Shown here piece by piece: positions 11,047-23,713 of a stretch of 64,000 nt of DNA (positions within the stretch are counted from its first letter, which is position 1; each line of letters begins with the position of its first letter). Below the pieces are notes generated by a model. It saw nothing but the letters and a program-made list of their open reading frames with translations. It made no database searches and was not told the DNA's origin. The translations under genes were made by a program, and so were the position numbers. Source of the stretch: Vermamoeba vermiformis (lineage: Eukaryota); assembly GCA_045837725.1 (NCBI GenBank), contig JBEWZL010000101.1:1-64000 (forward strand), in the 5' to 3' direction.

Positions 11047-11132
11047 ACGTGACTCCAACACGTGGGGGGCGCGATACAGCGTGCTGATTGGCTCTTCTAA
11101 TCGGACGTCATCAATCACGCGAGGCATAAATA
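11047..11132 (+). promoter_or_regulatory. Putative Pol II promoter elements upstream of the orphan gene
   Basis: ACGTGAC at 11047, CACGTG at 11059, reverse CCAAT (GATTGG) at 11086, GACGTCA at 11104, and TATA-like CATAAATA at 11125, about 70 bp before the ATG at 11202. Confidence 0.35.
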
Positions 11133-11201
11133 CCGACGGCTTGTGCTAGTTACTTACTTCAAGTCACTTGAAAGCAACAACACGACTCCACAACCAACAT
11201 C

Positions 11202-13373
11202 ATGTCCGACAACCCAAACGTAATTCGTCCTTCCGAGACTCGCCTTATGGGCATCTACTTCTCTCGCAAGACGACTCCATTAGACCCGCAAAATCCGAGT
11301 GTTGATATCGTCAGCACTGAAACTACCTTCGCAGTGAGCAACGTCACGATCATTGCGATTTTGGGTACCATCGCCGGTCTTCTTGGTTCATTGGAGTATC
11401 TTGGATCGTTCCTGACTGGTCTCGTGACCGACTCGAGCGACACTGCCTCCCCCAAAGTCGATGATCGCACGATCTTCGCCATCGCCTTCAAAAACGGCGG
11501 ATGTGGCTCCCTTGACTTGACTACTGCCTTCAAAGAGTTGCAAACTAAGAAGTGGAGAAATGGCACTGTGGAACTTGCTGCCAATTGCAAGTTCTTTCGC
11601 ACACTGACGAAAGACGAGGCCGGAGTTTTATCCGACTTCCGTTACAAACTTCCGCAGTTGGATCTCTTGACGCAACGAACACTCCTAGTTCTTGATGGAA
11701 TGTACGGCACTCCTGGAGGCGTAAGTCATAAGATATTACATTAATGCTTGCTTACTTACCTTCCACACACAGCCTACTGCAAATTTGCTTTCCTCCCTTC
11801 GTGCTGTTAGTGACGGCGACCATACTGGCTCTGGAGGCGGCGACGACCCGCAATCAGCTGCTTGGGCGAAGGGACTCTTCAACCGCATTACTACTGGAGG
11901 CCCTAACGGATCCATGGCAGGCAAAATCGCTGTTAACTTTATGAGCACCGTGCCTGTGGCCGCGAGCTTCGCATTCAGTGGCAGAAAACCAAGCTTCAAC
12001 ACCTTCGACGATACGACCAATCCGTTGGTTCAGATCTTAAAGGACGCTGTGACCTCTGCAGGTATGATTGCTTTGATATTGTCATGGAGAAGAGCTCGTA
12101 ACTAATTCGTTTGAAAGCCGAATCTGCTGCTCAGGGATTGGCTGATTACTTGAAGACATTGCGCAAGCCTTCAACTGGCTCTGACGAGACCGATGATGAT
12201 CGTCAGACTGCCACTGTTGTTAAGGGTAAGAATACAACATTAATACTACTACGACCATACTCACAAGCGATGCAGGTATCAAGGACTCGATGCCGTCCAC
12301 GGGCAGAACTGTTGCACAGCTCGCAGTATTTAACGCACTCGGCAACAAGGATATGGCAAAGCTCCCTCGACCCCAGCAACTTCGTGTTGCTTACACTGTC
12401 GCTAACGCTACGCGCGCTACAGTTGAGGTTAGTCACAATTCATATAATGATATTTATCTGAATCTTACATTAATATGAAGGCAACGGGCAACCACATTGC
12501 GGATCTGTACCAAACCAACAGCATTCCCAAAGAATCGGAGCTTGCTGCAGTTGGTGCTCGCAGTTTGCTTGACTTCTTGAAGAGCGTTGGTACCACCGTT
12601 GCCAATGGCGTTTTGCAAGCCGCGCCCGTTGTCTTGAACGCCGTGATTAATTCATCGAACGCTAATAACGCTCTTGGATCCACTCTCCCTCCTGATGTTG
12701 CCCTCTCCACAGCTGGTGGTCTTCACGAACTCGACACTCCAACGAAGATCATTCTAGCCTCACGCATTGTCAACGGCACACCAAATACTGACGCTACTGT
12801 CGTATCGGACAAGGCCGTTAGTGACTTGGCAGACCGCCAAAGCAACCTCGGTGCGCAAGCCACCCTCGACACGTTCACCAACACGCCTCAGGCTGGTGTG
12901 TTCAGAGACAGTGAGCCTACTCAAGAGCAGCGTGACAAGTTCCGTAACGTCGCACTCGAAGTGGCCAACATCTCGCCGACCTTCTCGAACGTTACCGATA
13001 TCGGTGCGACCAATCTTGTCACCGATGCTTCTTTGAAACACGTAAGTAACGGACTACGAGCATTCATTGCGACAGTAGTATTGAACGTACTATCAGGCCG
13101 ACTCTCTTCGTCAAAGCACCCTCGAAATGGGCATTCGCTCGTGTGCCAACATGATTGCTGACCATCAAAGCGCGGAGATCCTCTACAGAGTGCACCTCTA
13201 TCGTCTTAAGAACGGACTCGAAGTGCAACCAAGAAGCTTCACTGACTTCTTGAAGGTAAATAGGTTAATATTAAATGTAAAACAGTTTATTCTAATATTC
13301 ATATCAGACTGCCGTACCAATCGCTGCTAATATTGCCAAGGTGGCTGCTCCTGCTTTGTTAGCCTTGCTCTAG
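11202..13373 (+). CDS. Orphan protein, 617 aa, 7 exons, with two amphipathic RSxxDFLK-led helices
   Basis: Exons 11202-11720, 11773-12061, 12118-12225, 12276-12427, 12481-13041, 13097-13255 and 13308-13373 join in frame (1854 nt) through six GT-AG introns. No family recognised. Confidence 0.85.
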
Positions 13374-13917
13374 ACGCGAGAACGAAGAATGCATTCTTTC
13401 TCCTTGATCGCAGCGTTTCAATTTTAAAATTTGTTTCTTAGACCTGGCTAGAATTTCATATCAATAAATAAATTTTTTAACTTATTTTTAATGCGAATAA
13501 GACTTCTAAATTTGTTATTTTGTTGTGGTTCTTACTCATCCGAGTCAACGACAAAATCTGCTCGTTTATTCCATGGATTCTGTTAAATGATGCAACAAAA
13601 CATTAGTATTAAACATTAGTGTTGCCTTGTTGTGGTCGTGGTTCAGAAAATTCGGCAAATAACTTTTTTTAAGCCTCGTACCACAACCACACGTAGTAGC
13701 ATTAACTGAGGCAAATTATTATTAATATTAATATTCTAATTTGGTTAATCCAAAAATTCCACTGACTGCCGGTGTTTTTGGCTCATTCAACACGCGATCA
13801 GATTTAATCACAACAAACGTCAGTTTAAGTTATTGACAAGTAGAATGCGTCAGATAAATATTCTGTAAATTTATAGCTCGTTTTAAAGATGAAGACCGAA
13901 TTTATTCCGTAGATCGT

Positions 13918-14618
13918 TTACAAAAGAGCCAAAGCAACGAGACCAGCAGAGGCAACAACGGAAGCGGCACCGGAAGTACGAGTGGGAGTGGAAGCCTTAG
14001 GAGCGGCGGTGGGGGCAGCCATGGGGGCAGTAGGAGTACCTTGGTAGACAATGTCGCTAGTGAAAGCGTTCAACAAGTTGCGAGTAGCGGTCTGATCAGC
14101 TTGAGTGACACCGTAGCCATTCAAAATGGAGATGAGAGCGTCATTGAAAGCAGTGGATTCGGCGGCACCAATCATCATAGGTTGGTGAACAGCGGCCATA
14201 TCAGTGCGACCTTCGTAGGCTCCAATAGTACCGTCAGTGCAGTTGAAGGCGCTCTTATCAGCGAAGAATTGAACCAAGTGCAAGACGAGAATACCAGCAG
14301 CAGTAGTGTCCTTGGTGAAGTCGGTAGAACCAGCGGGCTTAGTACCGTTGAAGTAGATGGCGAGAGGAGATCCAAGAGCACTATTAAACGATACTCGAAA
14401 GTCAATCACTGTACGCCCGATAATAGGAAAACAATCGCTGTTCCATCCTTCGACAGATACACTTACGCAGTAACGAGATCACCAACAATGATGTTCATCA
14501 ACTCGCTGTTGTTCTTACCCAAAGCATTTGAGTAGTAATCGCAAATGTGACCAGTTTGGGCTTGAGTGCCGTAGATGGTAGCGAAGAGAATGACGGAAGC
14601 GACGATGTATTTAATCAT
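13918..14618 (-). CDS. Secreted, probably GPI-anchored truncated (2/2) haemoglobin-like protein
   Basis: Two exons (intron 14381-14466). Signal peptide MIKYIVASVILFATIYGTQA. LVQFF...YEGRTDMAAVHQPMMIGAAESTAFNDALISILNGYGV matches the group I truncated-globin pattern YxGrxMxxxHxxmxIxxxefxa...GV. A P/T/A-rich linker and hydrophobic tail (SGAASVVASAGLVALALL) follow. Confidence 0.8.
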
Positions 14619-15342
14619 CTTGCGTGTTGTTCGATGCACTTGTATTTGATAATGCAATGATTGATGCAACAATTTACTACTTTATATCGTGTTCACCACG
14701 TGACGAGCCTTCCCAACTGAATATCATTGGTCGCGAGGATTGAATCACATATGGGAGGATAATTTTAGCCCCCAATTTACCATTTTAGGAAGCGTCGCGA
14801 CTAGTTTACCAACTCACCCAATTGAAAAAGAAGGTCGGGCACTGATATTTTATGGCATCTAACGAGTGCAACTATTGATTGACGTTAGCTTCCGTCGATT
14901 GGTGATGATAGATCGCGTAATTTCAGTCAGATCCGGTTTGGCGATAGATCGTTGTAAGATACTGTAGTCGTCGTTTTTTTGTGCACTACCCTACTCATGG
15001 GAGGCTGCATTTCGACGCAAATTCGAAGGCGCGCCGATCCCAAACCAAAATGTTTCACAGTCCCTATCGACAGAATAGATTTTTCACTTTAATCCAGCAT
15101 AATTCTACAACAACCACATTGGAATATCTTTCATTGCGCAGCGAGCAGCAAGGAAGAAGCCGCTTCATCGATCGGGTCAGATGGTTCTGCTCTCTAGTTG
15201 CTCGATGCCTCGCGTGAGACCAAATTAAAATTTACATCTTTACAACCTTTCCTTTCAGAAAATTAACTGATAACCGAAATGTCGATAAATTTACTATTTT
15301 ATTCAATCTAATATACAATTTTTGTAATTAATTTTCCTATAC

Positions 15343-18300
15343 TTAATTGTCTACAACGGAGTTAGTCTCAAGCAACGGATTGTCAAAGACTTCAAAATCG
15401 AGTTCGTTAGCCATAGGCTCGAAGTTGATATCGAACGGATTGTCAAACATGTTGGCCTCGGTAATAACGATGGTATCAGTGAACACATTGTCTTCCAACA
15501 GATTGCCCACAGGCTCGGCATCCGCAATATCGAAGAATGGTTCGCGCAGTGTCGCAAATTGGCCGCGTCGAGCAGTGCCGTGCTGAGGTTGAGTCGGTCG
15601 ATTGGCCACGGGTCTGTTGTTGTTCGCTTCGTTAGTGTTATTCTCCGTGCCGGGTTGATGTTTCTCTCCGACTTGTGCCACGGGGTTGTTGATGGTCACG
15701 TTCTTGGGGGCCGCGGGTTCGGGTCTTTCGATGGGCTCAGCAGGGGCGGAGCGGACTGGACCACCCTTGTCCTTTAATCTCTTGGGAGGTTCGCCGTACT
15801 TCTCGATAATACGATCGACCAAAGTGGCAAGTTGCTGCGAGGAAATTAGCCAATGTTTTTTGTGAAAGATCCGTAGCTCGTGTTAGGTACTTACTCTAGC
15901 GCGGGCTTGATCAGGCAACTCCGTCAAGGCGACCTTAATCTTCTGTTGATTACGATAGATGTGAGTGTGCAAGTAAGCCAAAGAGTTCTCGCGGACAGTT
16001 GCAGGCACAGACAGATTCGTTGCCATTCGTGGATTCGCCTTGGCTTCGGGATTCTAAAAGAGAATTAGAACAATTAATATAACCAAGTAATAGGTTACCG
16101 ATAATACTTACGAGAAGTGACTTGTAGTAGTGAATCATCTTGGGCTTGTTACGCTCAATGAAGTCGAGCATACTCTCCATAAAAGCTTCTTTCTTCGTGT
16201 TGGCCAAGTTAGCAAGATTCTGAAGTACCTTGGCAATCAAGACCAATTGGCGTTGAGCCACAGAGTTTGGCGGCTCCCTCAACAGACCATAATAGTGCGG
16301 GGCGGTAATGGCCGGGCAGACGAAACGCAAGAACAAAAAGCCTCCCAAAGCCTTGTAAATTGCTTCCGAGTCTCCGTATTGTTCGGTGATGCTCGATTGA
16401 ATACGAATGAAGACTTGACGGAATTCGCTGCAATAAACTTGTAAATTACCATAAAAGGAAATAATATTTCAAAATGCAATGCTTACGCAGGGACGTTTTC
16501 ATCAGCAGCAGCAATAGCAGTGAATAGCTTTTGACAAGCAAGGGCCAATTGGTACACGTTCTGATCTTTGTCGACGTTAGAGTCCTTCAACTTGTTTGGA
16601 TCGACCTCCATTTCAATGGTCAGCAGAGAGGCAGTAGTATCCGCACCCAATTTCTCGAGCTTTTCTTTTTCTTTTTGGGCATTGGCAGCGACAGTGTTCA
16701 ATTCATTAATGACACGAGCCAAAGTGAAGAACAAGAAGCGCGTGCCGACGATCTGAGAGTAGAACTTGAACATCTTTGAGGCCATTGAGTTCTGTCTGAA
16801 AATAGTGTTCTCACTCGCTAAGCATTGTATTAGATATGAAACCGATAAGAGGGTTTGTACGTACTTGACTTGCGCACTTCATCAGATGCAAAGAACTGGA
16901 TCAGATCCGAACCGATTCCTTTGTGGTGACTCAAGTAGACAAGAGCCTTAGCTACAGCGTCGTACTCAGTGGCAGCCGTAATGGCAACGAGGATACGCAA
17001 GAAAGTACGGTCCTTGTTCATCAAAATGTCTTCGAGCTCGCTGTACAGTACTCATGAGAAACCAGGCCGGACATTAAGTCGAGATGATACTTACACATAA
17101 TCGTCCTTAGTAGTAACACGGAAGTGCTGAACCATTTCATTTTGATAAGCGACCTTCTCGTAGTCGGGCTCCTTGACTTGCACAAATAGACCTCGTCTTC
17201 TCTTTTGATAGCGAGTGAAGAGGTAGTAGAACACACCACCACCAATCATAAGAGCTCCGGCAATGGACATACCAGCGGCAAGACCGGGGACAGAGAAGGG
17301 AGACACTGAGCACAGGCATTAGTTGCTTGGTTGTGAGGCGTTATCATGGCGAGCAATACGTACCCCAAGTGAATGACAAAGTGTTGGTGGCGTACTTCTT
17401 GTCATCGAACATCATTTCAATGTCTACTGACTCGTCAGCTGTGCCAGGGACAACAATGACGGTCATCTACGCGAACATTAGTACGAGAGTTGACAAGGAT
17501 TGCTGTGACACGTACGGTAGTACTGTTGATAAATTCGTATTCAGCAGCGTCCTTGCCCATAAGAATCTTAATCGAAGGATGGTTGATGAAGTACTCGCCG
17601 ACGAGAGTCACTGAAGCACCGCCGCTCGCTGATGCAGAGTCAGGAGTAATAGAAATCAAGTCTAGTACAGCCGTTAAGTATCTGAAACATGAATGAATAG
17701 TTTTGACTTACTAGGACAACCACCGTCGGCCCAATCTCCCGTGCATCTCTTCAAGGTCGAGCAAGAGTTCTCTTGCAAACACCAACCGCAGTATTGTTTG
17801 CGGCTGCAGTCGTCGCAGTTTGAAGTGGTTTCGCAATCGACGTAAGTGAATTCAATGGGCGTCAACAGATTAGAGCCTTTGTATAGCACGCCCAGAGCTA
17901 CTTTGGAGGCAACTCCACTAGCAGGGAGTGCGCAAGCCACTGTGTTGAGACCGGTAATGTACGCGGGCACTTGAGAGAGACCTCCGACTGTGCAAGTGAG
18001 GAGAGATGGTTCTGAAACGGTTTGGAAGAGTGATCTCTTAGCGGTCACTGGAGCATCAACTGGAGCGTCAGAGCTGGGCGGGTTGTCAATGGCTGTCAAG
18101 TTGGAAATAATCGACGAGTTCAACAGAAGGAAATCCGGCAGACGTGGGGTGAAGGTCAACGTAACGTTGGAGTTGCCAAAAATGGACATGTGATTGGGCT
18201 CAGGAGTCACAGCTACGACAAAGAGTCAGTTAAATTGCGCGCGACTAAGCCAAAACACGTACTTAAACATTGAGTGAGGAACAAATCCTCGGCAGTGCAA

Positions 18301-21300
18301 CGACTGGCTGAAGTGCACGAGGACGAGGCCACGCACCAACCGCAGTGAGGTTGAGCCATACAGAACGAGTTGCACGATGTTTGTGCGAACGTCTGGCATT
18401 CGTAGTACGTGAACTGCAAGGAAGAGTAAGGTGCGTAGATAATGCCATTCATCCAAATCGTCAAGTTGACTGTCTGTGTGAGCAAGGAAGTTGGAGTCGC
18501 GCAAGACAACACGCTGTTGCTTTCCACGACGGCAGGTGAGACCTTATCACCGAAGTGACACTCGTAGGTGAAGTTGGTACGAGAGAAGAAGGGACCACCG
18601 CTCACGGAGACAGTTTCACCACCGAGGACGTAGCCGTAGTTGGGTGTAACTGACGTAAGGGAAGGGCAGACGTCTGTTTTGAGCTCAGCATCGGAACACA
18701 CTTCGTCACATCCCGCTGTACACCACGTGCATTTGGGCGTGACATCCGTGATGCACTTCGAACAGTCCCCAGTAATTTGAGCGCAATCTAATGACGTTAG
18801 TTTAGGTCCGATAAACGTAGCGTGCTACTTGTTGATACGTACCATACCACAGGAAGGGCAGGGAATTAGTCCAAGCATAACCGTTATATGCCAATGTCAC
18901 AGTACCAGTAGCCGCTGCACCAACAGCAGGAGCAGTGCAATGCACTTCATTCGCAGCGCTGTAAGTAGCTGGCGTTATCACAGTTGAAGCTCCATACGAC
19001 CAAAGGCACGTAACGGAACCACTCAAGAGCGTAGGATTGAAAGCTCCCGTAATGACAATCGTTGCATTACCAGTCTTAGAGACACTGGTGGGCGCGACAG
19101 CAGAGATACCTAAAGAGCATTCATAAGCAAGGTTATTGGTGGTTATTCAATCTTACTTGGACACGAGGCAGAGGAAGTCAGTTTCGTGTTGGCGCAAGTC
19201 ACACTGGAGTGCGTGCAAGTAGCACTAGCGCTGCAAAAAACGCACTCGGGCTTAGTACCGTCCAAACATGCCCCGCACGACGTTCCGGTACAATCTGAAA
19301 AATTAATTAGCCAATTAATTGCACCGCACCAAGCACGTACCGTATATCTCGAAGGGAAAGTTGGGCACAAGACGCGAAGTGGCACCAGTGGTTGAACTGT
19401 AAAGCCAGAGGGACACTGATTGCGTTCCAACACCCAAACTACTGTGCACAGTGCAAGTAATTGAAGTCGGTGAAGAGACTGAGCCAGTAGTCGTAGCGCT
19501 ACCAATGACGTCACCGGCTGCGTTGAAAGCGCAATAGAAAGTTAGACCGCTCAAATAGGCAAAGCTACCAGTAACTACACCACCGTTAGCAAAAACTAGA
19601 TTAAACCAAACAATGTACTTACTAGTCATCACTTGACCTGATTTGACTGCACCGGTGTAAATGCGCGACGGAGACACTGAAGAGATGGCTGCACAAAGGA
19701 TGTTAGCCACTGGGCTCAAACGGTGCTTAAATAGACTACTTACATGGGCAAGTACCAGTCTTGTTGCATTGAACTGAGCTGTAGTGACAATTCTGAGAGT
19801 CAAAGCAGAAAGCGCATTCTCCTTGTGTGAGCGAATTTGTACAGCCAGAGCAGTCTTGACCGTAAGTATCGCAATCTGTGGTGTGTTAGAATAACTGAAA
19901 GTAAATTAGTAACTATAGTAAACACGTACCGAACAAGTAAATGGCCTTAGACTTGGAAGCCAAGGTTGCAGACGACGTGCTAACTTTTAGGACCAAGTCA
20001 ACGTTCAGCTCACGATTGGTACCACGGGCAGTACTCCAGTTGGTTACTGTAGGAGGCTTGCACGTGAGGGTGTTAGAACGAATCAATGTGGCCGGTGTTG
20101 GAGTATTGGCAATGGTCGTAGAATCGCTGCTGTACAAGCACTGATAGTTGGCGTTGATATTTTTGTCGATGGTGATTGTGAAGTTTGTGTCTGCAGACAG
20201 GGACAAATTAGTGAGCGAGGCACTAGCGCGAATGATCTGGGCCTCCACTTACTGCCAACGATGGACGCGCTTGCGGGAGAAATGTTGCTGATAACAGGGC
20301 ACGAGGTACTGAAACCGCTGGCACAGCCTCTTTGCGAAGCACATTGCATTGTTGGAATGCAAAGTCCACATTCATCGCGTGTAAAACAGCTAGTGCACGG
20401 AGTGGAATTGGTGAGGGCAGAGCAACCTAGAAGAATGTTAGACGCCTTATAACACTCGAACTACGCTAGCTTACTGTAGTACGAGAATGTGAGCGAATTG
20501 GGAGCCCACAAACTACCGCTGTAATACACTTTGAAAGTCGTGTCACCAGCAGAGGCAGAAGGAGACGTGCAGCGAAGCGTGGCGCCGTTAACGACAGTAG
20601 CACTGACGCGAGATGCGGTGCCCCACTGACACTCGAAGCCAGAGTTCAGAGTGTTACCCGCAGGATCGGTGAATTGACCAGTGACGGTGACCGTAGTTCC
20701 ACCGTCAGTGCTGCCACTCGTAGGCAAGATCGACGTCAATGCTAGAAACACAACGCATTAAAACCGATGATTAGTGCACGGCAACGACTTACTGGGGCAA
20801 ACGTAAGTGCTGGTATAGAAGTTTGAAGCAGCGCACGAGGTTGGCGTGACGCAAGATCTGCTGGTCGAGCAGTATCCGCTGCACAAAGGTGTTAGTTTCA
20901 ATCAATTGCTAACATGTTACCAGCACACGTACCAGTAGTTAGTGTCACTGTTACAGGTGGTGCAAGTGTAATCCGTGCAGCCTAATCGAACAGTTGTAAG
21001 AAACACGAACACAAAGTATACGAAGGATACTTACTTGCTGTACGAACCATCGACACGGTATCACCAGCGGTATTAATGTACATCATCTGGAATTTGTTGT
21101 TACGAGGATCGAGATCACCCGTGTTGACGGTGATTCCCGAAGGGAATGAATATACACCAAACGTGTCAAAATTGGGGTCGTTCAAATTAATGCGGATAAT
21201 TCTTGATGTTACTGGCGTGCTGCGGCTGATTGCGTTTAAAAATACAGCACCATAGGTGTCATCTGAGACGAAAAGATTAGTGTTGAATTTTGGGCGTAAA

Positions 21301-22777
21301 ATACGTTTCATACGTACCAACTTGCAAAGAAGAAATGGACGCATCGTCAATAAAAGAAATTCGGGTAAAAGCCCAAGAGCTGGCATCGATCTGTCAAAAA
21401 TTCCACGTTAATATTAATTGCACCAATTTAATGGTAAAGTTTTGAAATACCTCCGTAAGCACACCGAGATCACCTCCGATGTAAATCTTATTCAAGGAAG
21501 GGCTGACATCCATTGCTTGGATCTGGATTTGGAATTAGATTCGTTCACAAAAAGAACCGGATTCTGGTGGACCAATTATGGCATTTGTGATTGATATCAA
21601 TATTAAAACTATCATTACCTGGCCAACTCCTCGAGTAATTCGAGTAATAGAGTTTGCTGCAACATTAGTGTTGCTAACAGATCTGTATAATACGACGGTA
21701 TTAGTATTTAACATGCACGTAACTAATGAAGCTCATATTGCCGGGAGTGCATACGTCACAAAAAGGTTTCCAGATGCACCACCAAGAAAAACATTGCCGT
21801 TTATGATGACCAACGACTTCAGATAAGAGGCGCTACCATAGACATCAGATGAAACGTAATCACTGTTTGCACCGCTTTGATAGACATTTTTGTAGTAACC
21901 AACTTCAGTGTCTGCGGCAACCCAGATTCCTTTCTGAACACTGTCCAAAGCGCACGCCTATCGCCCACGTTAGTACCAGGTTTAATTTAGTACTCAGTAT
22001 ATTTACTTACGTTCCAAAAACGCCAACTGGTCTGACCTCTGTTACGGATCGAAGCAGTCGTCTGCGGATTACCTTGGGCATTAAAGTTGCTAAGCCAGTA
22101 AATGCGACGGTATATTCGAGTGCAAACAAAAACTAGAGAATATTAGTGAAAGGAATGCGAGAACAGACAAACATGACGTACTAGAGCCATTGACTGCGTC
22201 AAAAAAAGCGCCGATAATTTGGTCGTCGCTCTCAATAGTTTGGAAAATTGGAGTGCCCATGTTACCCGGGTTATCATAAGGGATCTATTAATATTAGTAA
22301 AAGCTTATAATAGTGCATTGCTACGTACGGCAAATAAGTTGTTGCCAACCGCGACCAAGGCTCTGGCGTTTGTGGAATCGCTGCCATAAACATAACCAGT
22401 GGGCTGTGCATAAGTACTAGAGACAGTTGTTGTTGATAAAATCTAAGGAAAACGTCAATAATAAACTCGGAATTGGATGACATCCAATTAAAAATAACCG
22501 TTAGCTCGGAAAAACAATTAAATTAATTTGTACAATCAAATCAACCTAGCCTTAAAGACACTTAATTTAGTGAGAAACGGCGTTCTACTCGATTAATTAG
22601 GGCAAATAAAAAATTAATCACCAATCCCGAATCCCGGGTGAAACAAGTCAGGCAATATAATCAAGATGTATCACTTACAGTCATGCCACGCGCGCTTTGA
22701 GCGTTGATGGTGTAGGGCAAGCAGCAAAGCAGCCAAACTGAGGCAAGAAGCACGGCAGTGAGGTAACGTCGTGCCAT
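15343..22777 (-). CDS. Plexin-like single-pass receptor: signal peptide, beta-rich N-terminal domain, about 7 PSI-IPT/TIG pairs, TM helix, RasGAP domain
   Basis: N-terminus MARRYLTAVLLASVWLLCCLP. PSI repeats such as CDDCSRKQYCGWCLQENSCSTLKRC and CMAQPHCGWCVASSSCTSASRC. IPT repeats such as LTSILPTSGSTDGGTTVTVTG and LTSVTPNYGYVLGGETVSVSGG. TM GLAAGMSIAGALMIGGGVFYYLF followed by RYQKRRR. RasGAP motifs IFRQNSMASK (Arg finger), FLRFVCPAITAP and LIAKVLQNLAN. More than 20 short introns. Confidence 0.9.
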
Positions 22778-23713
22778 AGCTGCAAGTGTAATTTAACTAG
22801 CTCAGTCGTCGTTTCGCTAGGTCAACACTGAGAGTGCTAGTGCTTTCAATTTCAATTCAATAATCAATCAAAAAAAGAGCCAAAATTATTGACAGAAGAC
22901 CCAAAAAACCGTGACATCCGTCTGACGTTTGCCAAAAACAGCAAACCAACTCCACGGGTTTCGATGCATTCAATTTGTGATCAGCTCTTCAGGCTGCAAC
23001 AAACATGACTCGACCGTACCGCTTCAGCATTGCAACAAGTTCGTGGCCGTCGCAGTACGGCGGTTAATTGGGACCGTAAATTTGCTTGCTGGTCCCATCC
23101 ACCGTACAATTGAATCACCTTGCGAGTGTACTCATGGTTGCTCTGTTGTTATCATGTTAGCATATTTGCGTAACTTGAAAGGTTGTCTGACACTACAGGC
23201 CAAATCTAATTTAGTCAATTAATTTGCTCGAGCAAATCGAATTACTAAAAAAATTGGCTAATTCTGGTTATATTATGGACATATTAATTCGATCATTAAA
23301 ATATTAAAACAATGCCCTATTTGATTCAGTTATTGATCTGCAATTAATTGTAACGGTAACCCCGCAGAAATTTTAATTATGACCTGTTCATGGCAATGAA
23401 ATTTAATGATATAATTATTACCCGACGTCCACTGCGGAATTAAAAGAAAGTGATTCCTAGCTTGTAACCGACCAGCCAGCGATCGTGGCAACCATTTTGT
23501 TCTTCTTCACGCTCTCTTTAAGTAGTTTCATTCTTAATTGCATCCATCCTATTTCATCGATAATAAACGCTCAATTATTAATAAAATGGTTCAAATCTTT
23601 TTGAAACACGAACCATTTCATTTGATCAACCACGAAATCATTGAAGACCAGCGTTCAGACGACTTTCGAGAATTAAAACAGTGTTTTGCACGAGCTCTGA
23701 ACAAGGAGGCACA

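Noticed and set aside
14041-14535. 164-aa plus-strand ORF
   Set aside because: Antisense shadow of the codon-biased globin-like gene.
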